From Candidatus Woesearchaeota archaeon (GTDB lineage Archaea; Nanobdellota; Nanobdellia; Woesearchaeales; JAHWIC01), in the NCBI GenBank assembly GCA_019322485.1, contig JAHWIK010000001.1, positions 1 to 54,289 on the forward strand: 54,289 bases of DNA. The letters are read 5' to 3'. The stretch's first letter is position 1. Each line of letters opens with the position of its first letter. The position numbers and the translations under genes are program-made. This document shows, piece by piece, positions 49,224-54,289 of the stretch. The notes beneath the pieces were generated by a model. That model was given only the letters and a program-made list of their open reading frames with translations, searched no databases and was not told where the DNA came from.

Positions 49224-50462
49224 ATGCCAGATAAAAACATTGAAAAAGATCAGCCGGAATTAAACATCGGCATGATTGGTCATGTTGACCATGGAAAAAC
49301 TACACTGTTAGAAAGACTTAGCGGGAAGTGGGCAGATACTCATTCTGAGGAATTAAGGCGAGGCATTACAATAAGGCTTGGTTATGCAGATGCTGTTTTT
49401 AGGAAATGTTCTAAATGCGATACCTACACGACAAAAAAGAAATGCCCTGATTGCAAGGGCGAGACAAAACCATTGAGGAAGGTAAGCTTTGTAGATGCTC
49501 CTGGGCATGAGTCACTGATGGCAACTATGCTGTCCGGCGCTACAATAATGGATGGCGCCCTGCTTCTTATAGCTGCTAATGAGGAATGCCCTCAGCCGCA
49601 GACAAGAGAGCATTTAATGGCTTTGGAGATAATAGGTGTGGAGAAAATAGTTATAGTGCAGAATAAGATTGATTTGATTAGCGAAGAAGATGCTATGAAG
49701 AATTACAAGCACATCAAGGATTTTGTTAAAGATTCTAAGTATAAGGATGCGCCTATAATCCCGATGTCCGCGCAGCATAGTGTTGGATTAAGTTCCCTGA
49801 TAGAGGCTATTAATAATACAGTTCCTACACCAAAGAGAGACCTTTCAAAAGAGCCGTTAATGCTTGTAGCAAGGAGTTTTGATATAAACAAACCAGGCAC
49901 AAAGGTAAAAGACCTTACAGGCGGGGTTTTGGGAGGCTCATTAAAACAAGGCGTTATAAAAGATAAGGAAGAGATTGAGATAAAGCCTGGTTATGAGGTA
50001 GAGGAAAAAAACAAGAAGGTTTGGAAACCCATCAAGACAAAGATTACTGCACTAAAGTCTGGCGGTGCAGGTGTTAAAGAGGTAAGGCCAGGAGGTTCTT
50101 TTGGCATTATGACGTCCTTGGACCCGGCTATTGTAAAATCTGATAAGCTTACTGGCTCTGTTGTCGGAAAGCCTGGAAAGCTGCCTGATGTTTTCTATGA
50201 GTTCATGCTTGAGACGCATCTGCTTGAGAGGGTTGTTGGAACTAAAGAAGAGCTTAAGGTAGACCCAATCAAGATGGGAGAGGCTTTAATGCTTAATGTT
50301 AATGCTGCTGCCACAGTTGGTGTGGTTATAGGGCTGAAGAAAGACCATGCAAAGTGCAAGCTTAAACTGCCTGTTTGCGCTGAACCTGGCTCAAGGGTAA
50401 CTATTTCTAGAATGGTTGGGAACAGGTTTAGGTTGATTGGTTACGGGATAATTAAGAAATAA
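49224..50462 (+). CDS. eif2g: Translation initiation factor aIF-2 gamma subunit.
   Basis: NIGMIGHVDHGKTTL G1, DAPGH G3, NKID G4, and a zinc knuckle CSKCDTYTTKKKCPDC. 412 aa. Confidence 0.9.
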   Translation: MPDKNIEKDQPELNIGMIGHVDHGKTTLLERLSGKWADTHSEELRRGITIRLGYADAVFRKCSKCDTYTTKKKCPDCKGETKPLRKVSFVDAPGHESLMATMLSGATIMDGALLLIAANEECPQPQTREHLMALEIIGVEKIVIVQNKIDLISEEDAMKNYKHIKDFVKDSKYKDAPIIPMSAQHSVGLSSLIEAINNTVPTPKRDLSKEPLMLVARSFDINKPGTKVKDLTGGVLGGSLKQGVIKDKEEIEIKPGYEVEEKNKKVWKPIKTKITALKSGGAGVKEVRPGGSFGIMTSLDPAIVKSDKLTGSVVGKPGKLPDVFYEFMLETHLLERVVGTKEELKVDPIKMGEALMLNVNAAATVGVVIGLKKDHAKCKLKLPVCAEPGSRVTISRMVGNRFRLIGYGIIKK

Positions 50463-50499
50463 TTTTCACTTAACTAAAATAAAAAAGTTTAAATATTAA

Positions 50500-50690
50500 G
50501 TATAGAAATATTGCTCTGTAGGCGGAGCAACTCAGGGAGGTGATGAATACTTCGGTATTTGTTGAAAAGAATCTTAGGAAACTTTTCGTCCTGGGCTTTG
50601 ACGCCTATTGCGGAAGACAAAACATTTATTGAATACTTTTGTCTTCCTGACATAAGTAGCGGAATTATTCATATCTATTATTTAGTTCCG
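50500..50690. other. Hairpin-dense intergenic region between convergent genes. Candidate small structured RNA and/or bidirectional terminator.
   Basis: Outer stem TAGGCG...CGCCTA encloses a GAATAC-UUCG-GUAUUC tetraloop hairpin and a GAAAAG...CTTTTC hairpin. Then an 11-bp stem GGAAGACAAAA/TTTTGTCTTCC. Then TAGCGGAA/TTCCGCTA overlapping the stop of the minus-strand gene. Confidence 0.4.
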
Positions 50691-51331
50691 CTATTATGTT
50701 TCTTTATTTTTTTGTATTCAAAATAAGAATAGAAAATAGGATAGAAAGCAGCAAACAGAACAGGAACAAGGAAAATCCATATTGCATATTTTTGCAGGAA
50801 TAAGCCGGATAAGGCAATTACTCCAGCTGCCTTGAACAGTTTTGCAGCAAGCTTATGCGTTTTGTTCCATACCTCATCACTGCTTAAGGTCCATGGTGTT
50901 TTGATTCCAATAAACCAGTTTCTTTTGCAGTTCTCGACGAGGATTCCAATGTAGTAAATCAATATCCCAAAAGCAGGAATAATCATCACAGTCATGTTAA
51001 ACCTGTAGTCAAGGTTCCAGAATATTGTCAGAAGATAAACATAGAACATAAACGCGATAAACAAGGCGATAAACCAGTCATAGTATTTTCTGAACTTTTC
51101 GACATTCTTTTTCAATGGGTCTATTCTTGGAAGGAAAATAAAAAGCAGGAAACAAAAGGTAACAACGATTGGCATCAGGAATAAGCCCCAGAACCTTGAC
51201 ATATAGCCGTCAACTTCCCCCTGGCTGTTCCAGTGAGATGCCATTCTGTCTGGCATCTGGGGGTAGAGGTAAATGCTAACAGCAAAAGATATTATGATTA
51301 TTGCTAAGGCAAAGATTGTTGTTTTTTTCAT
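50678..51331 (-). CDS. SdpI/YhfL-family membrane protein (DUF1648 plus an SdpI-like region).
   Basis: MPDRMASHWNSQGEVDGYMSRFWGLFLMP and NCKRNWFIGIKTPWTLSSDEVWNKTHKLAAKLF motifs. Four to six TM helices. Confidence 0.65.
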   Translation of the reverse strand: MKKTTIFALAIIIISFAVSIYLYPQMPDRMASHWNSQGEVDGYMSRFWGLFLMPIVVTFCFLLFIFLPRIDPLKKNVEKFRKYYDWFIALFIAFMFYVYLLTIFWNLDYRFNMTVMIIPAFGILIYYIGILVENCKRNWFIGIKTPWTLSSDEVWNKTHKLAAKLFKAAGVIALSGLFLQKYAIWIFLVPVLFAAFYPIFYSYFEYKKIKKHNSGTK

Positions 51332-51373
51332 ATTTGATTATTTTATTTTAAGGTTTAATAAAGTTTCTTTTTT

Positions 51374-52441
51374 CTATTCGCGCGCTTCTAAGGTCTCTTT
51401 TTTTCCGTATAAATCAAATAATATATTTAAAATATCTCCCTTACTTATGGGGGCTATTCCTCTGTATTCCTCCAACTGCCTCTGGCCTACCCTGGATTCG
51501 AGGGGAGTTGCTGAGCGATTTTTGACAAAATTCCAATGGGTTTTATAGTTGCCACATTGGCTTGCAAGCCAGGCCATACTAACATGTGGCCTGCCAGTCT
51601 CTAGTTTTTCCCTAAAAATGCCTTCCAGTTCTGTGTAGACTGCCCTTAATTCCATGAGATGATGCAAATAATCCAAACTAAAGGTGTCGGGACTTATGCT
51701 CTGGTAACAAAGGCGGTCATTACCTAAGTTAACCCCTTCAGACCAATCTTCGCAGTGCTTTAGTTCATGTCTTATTAAGCTTCTAAAATCAGCATCATTC
51801 TTTATACCTGATGAAGGTGAAAAAACCCTTCTTCTAACTGCTATATATTCTGACATTCCCTCTCCGAATAAACCCACTGTTGCTGGAAGGACTGTTGCAT
51901 ATGCACCTTCAGCTCTTTCATATGTTAAATGGTATCCCTTAACTGCTTCGCTAACTCTTGCTTGAATCACTTTCTCATCACTCAATTTGGCAGAAATTAC
52001 TTCTCTTAGAACCCTTTCTAATGTTTCATCAGTTGGTTCACATAGAAGTCCCCTCAACAGGCCTCTTTGTTTTGCATCAGCGACTTCTGGTGAGCTGTAC
52101 TCTTGGAGAAATCTTCCGATTAATTCGGGGTTATTGCAAGCTTGTGCAAAGGTTAATCCTGGATCAGGACCAGATGCTTGTGACTCTAGAGCTGAGCCAT
52201 TGCTCTGGGCGGATATATGTACATCACTCTGTTTTCGAGAATTATATGCAAACCTAAAAACAGCATAGCTTCCAAGCAAAAGAACTCCAGCAGCTGCTCC
52301 AATTGGAATTATGTAAGTCCACATAGATGGCTTTGATACTTTTTCTTCCTCTTTCTTTTGGGTTCTAGCTTGGTTATTGAGAGCATTGCCTATTGGTCCT
52401 ACTGGTCTTTTTTTCTTTCTTTTGCCCTTTGTTCTTGCCAT
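51374..52441 (-). CDS. Hypothetical membrane-anchored protein with an HExxH motif (possible zincin-like metallopeptidase). Locally GC-richer.
   Basis: Basic N-terminus, one TM helix, and IRHELKHCEDW. 355 aa. Confidence 0.4.
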   Translation of the reverse strand: MARTKGKRKKKRPVGPIGNALNNQARTQKKEEEKVSKPSMWTYIIPIGAAAGVLLLGSYAVFRFAYNSRKQSDVHISAQSNGSALESQASGPDPGLTFAQACNNPELIGRFLQEYSSPEVADAKQRGLLRGLLCEPTDETLERVLREVISAKLSDEKVIQARVSEAVKGYHLTYERAEGAYATVLPATVGLFGEGMSEYIAVRRRVFSPSSGIKNDADFRSLIRHELKHCEDWSEGVNLGNDRLCYQSISPDTFSLDYLHHLMELRAVYTELEGIFREKLETGRPHVSMAWLASQCGNYKTHWNFVKNRSATPLESRVGQRQLEEYRGIAPISKGDILNILFDLYGKKETLEARE

Positions 52442-52728
52442 TATTGGGTCTAGAAACAGGAGGTATTTATAAAACTTTGCTAGATAGTTACTATGTAGTG
52501 GTTAATTGTCAAAAGATTTATACAATCTCTTTTATTCAATCCGGAGTACCAATGTTTCAGTCCCAAGACATTAATATTCTCGTGTCCTGTTGCCCTTAAT
52601 GCTTGAATCTGCATTGTATCTGCAAGGCTTTATTTTGCTATTTCTTGCAAACTTTATTCCGATAGTTGTCGTCGAGTTTCCTTGCATGTATATAGGAAGA
52701 GACTAAGTACTATTTAAAGTCTGCTCTT

Positions 52729-52798
52729 CCAATCGGAAGTTCAATAAGACCCTAAAATAGCACTAGAAACAGCAGTTTTGTTCCAATCGGAAGTTCAG
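52729..52798. promoter_or_regulatory. Two exact copies of the 17-mer TTCCAATCGGAAGTTCA (TTCC-N4-GGAA half-palindrome). A third variant lies at ~53991-54007. Candidate operator sites.
   Basis: Exact 17-mers at 52729 and 52782. ATTATCGGAAGTTCAACAAGACCTAAGAT at 53991 matches ATCGGAAGTTCAATAAGACCCTAAAAT at 52733. Confidence 0.4.
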
Positions 52799-52944
52799 CA
52801 CTAAAAAATGTCCAAAAAAGTTACATTATTTTTGACAAAAAAAGTTACAAGAAATTGTCAAATGTTCTTTGTGTAGAAATAGTTCAATTCAATATTACTC
52901 GGGGCAGGCTTTATTTAAGAATTTACTTTTTAATGAGGGACTGT

Positions 52945-53790
52945 TTAATGATCAAATCTAGATACTGGCTTATCTTCTTCTTTTATATGTGGAAGAAATT
53001 TTAAGTATATTTCAGGGGAATATCCTCTTTCTAATTCTAGTCTTGCAAAAAAATCACCAATCTTAAAATTGTCCGCTCTTCTTTTTCTGTATGTCTCTCC
53101 ACCAGAAAAGTAATCTCTCATCTGTGCTTTTTGCTCAGGAGTCATGTCAAATCCCCATCCCTTGCCTAAGAGAGGATCTTTATAACTCATAACATTAGGA
53201 ATCTCTCCTACATAATCCTCAAGACCATCATTTGTATAAGCGTGAGTATGCCATAATCCTGCCAAATGTCCGATTTCATGGACAAGAGTACTTCCTCTTT
53301 CAGTTTTTTCATATTCCTTTCCAAATGCCACCATAAACCTATCTGACAAGAATATTACTCTATCAGAAACCATTCCTAATGCAGTATTTTTTCTTTTGTT
53401 GAAAAAATTAAGCCAATCTTCAATGCCTCGATTTCTAAATTCCTCATCATGAATAAACTGAGTGAAAAGGGAATATCTTGCATAATCAGCTGCAGGCACC
53501 TCCATGATAGCTACTTTTGTTCTTACATCAAAGTCAGGCATTGCTTTCTCTAATTCACTTCTGCTGCAGTATTCGACTCCTGCATCTACCCCTACCTCTT
53601 CCCTTAGGTAATCCATAGCATGTTCAAATACTTCAGGTCTCCATCTAGACCTTTTCATTCGAGCAACATAGAATGTAGTTTCATGTTTAGTTTCTGCAAT
53701 CGCTTCTAAAGGAGCTAAAGCTGCTCCTGCTCCAGCTACCAACAATCTCTTCAAGAATACTCTTCTGCCTTCATCAACTACTTCAGTCAT
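52945..53790 (-). CDS. Tat-secreted metzincin-type zinc metallopeptidase.
   Basis: Twin-arginine signal GRRVFLKRLLVAGAGAALA. HEIGHLAGLWH (HExxHxxGxxH) and a downstream Met-turn-like NVMSY. 281 aa. Confidence 0.7.
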   Translation of the reverse strand: MTEVVDEGRRVFLKRLLVAGAGAALAPLEAIAETKHETTFYVARMKRSRWRPEVFEHAMDYLREEVGVDAGVEYCSRSELEKAMPDFDVRTKVAIMEVPAADYARYSLFTQFIHDEEFRNRGIEDWLNFFNKRKNTALGMVSDRVIFLSDRFMVAFGKEYEKTERGSTLVHEIGHLAGLWHTHAYTNDGLEDYVGEIPNVMSYKDPLLGKGWGFDMTPEQKAQMRDYFSGGETYRKRRADNFKIGDFFARLELERGYSPEIYLKFLPHIKEEDKPVSRFDH

Positions 53791-53926
53791 TCTTCACCTT
53801 CTTAATCAATTCACTTGCAGCTATTTCAAAGAAATGAGATTTATTTCTATAAGTCTTAGACCTCAGCAAATCCTGTATTCTGAATATAGTATCCTCATCT
53901 ATAGTTATGCTTAATTTATGCCTCAT
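53783..53926 (-). CDS. Ribbon-helix-helix (CopG-like) small DNA-binding protein, overlapping the metzincin start by 8 nt.
   Basis: MRHKLSITIDEDTIFRIQDLLRSKTYRNKSHFFEIAASELIKKVKND (47 aa). Below the ORF-track cutoff. Confidence 0.5.
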   Translation of the reverse strand: MRHKLSITIDEDTIFRIQDLLRSKTYRNKSHFFEIAASELIKKVKND

Positions 53927-54260
53927 AATATAGCATATTATACTACTACTATTTAAATCTTTCGATTTGTAACTACCTACTAGTAGTAATACATTATCGG
54001 AAGTTCAACAAGACCTAAGATTATCAAGAACTTTTCTAGAATTCAAGCTTTCTCTCGTCGACAATCATATCAAAATCGGAATATAATGGTCACTATGTTC
54101 CTATATGATTTATTTTTAAATCAGCTTAAATAGTATATAAAGGGTGTTGCGATTTTTATTCCGATAACTACGGAGCTTTATTCCAATCAGAATATTTTCA
54201 TCAAGAACTTATTTAAATAAGAATTTCAAGAATTAATTAAAAAACAATAAAGGTGGTATT

Positions 54261-54289
54261 ATGACAAAGGAAAGATATTTTGTGACATC
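54261..54289 (+). CDS. 5' end of a plus-strand gene (partial; MTKERYFVT...).
   Basis: ATG preceded by aaaggtggt. Only 9 codons visible. Confidence 0.2.

Noticed and set aside
49018-49263. 81-aa extremely basic K/R-rich ORF overlapping the end of rps6e and the start of the aIF2-gamma gene.
   Set aside because: It is in an alternative frame of the AAG/GAA-rich S6e tail, has no independent start context, and spans a gene boundary. Read-through artefact.
50540-50655. Box C (GUGAUGA) and box D (CUGA) motifs suggesting a C/D box sRNA.
   Set aside because: The spacing (~100 nt) is about twice the usual archaeal C/D sRNA length, and no C'/D' pair or kink-turn context was evident.
1-54289. Looked for CRISPR arrays, rRNA genes, IS/transposase genes and integrases.
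   Set aside because: No direct-repeat/spacer architecture, no rRNA-like conserved stretches and no transposase- or integrase-like ORFs were seen.

Overview
AT-rich window (~35-40% GC). The gene content points to an archaeal chromosome segment: aIF-2 gamma, ribosomal proteins S6e and L10e, TFE, PTH2, class I lysyl-tRNA synthetase, a NOG1-type GTPase, and an intron-containing tRNA. Several traits (very large surface protein, type IV pilin-like genes, bacterial-type TIM, small tightly packed genes) suggest a DPANN-like lineage, but that is inference. The first ~16.8 kb is a single uninterrupted minus-strand ORF, 1..16844. Its start codon is at 16844-16842 and it runs off the window edge, giving at least 5,614 aa. 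It encodes a giant membrane-anchored surface protein built from an N-terminal cytoplasmic module and TM helix, an Asn-Glu-Thr sequon-rich linker, at least nine Laminin_G_3-type jelly-roll modules, two arrays of SBBP-type beta-propeller repeats and a ~1000-aa parallel beta-helix. A small tandem-HTH gene overlaps its start codon. The rest of the window carries: a lysine biosynthesis cluster (dapB-dapA-lysA-dapL co-directional with class I lysS; aspartate kinase and homoserine dehydrogenase nearby); a tRNA-Lys(CUU) with two predicted introns; a two-pilin locus preceded by an array of perfect palindromes; an eight-gene operon of mostly unknown small proteins ending in a bacterial-type tpiA; a translation/ribosome cluster (L10e, S6e, aIF2-gamma); and a repeat-flanked RHH-regulator plus Tat-secreted metzincin cassette. 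A ~150-nt three-hairpin intergenic element occurs three times, with compensatory base changes that preserve the stems. No CRISPR, rRNA or obvious IS elements were seen. All calls are from reading and translating the sequence by eye; domain names are motif-level recognitions and were not confirmed by database search.
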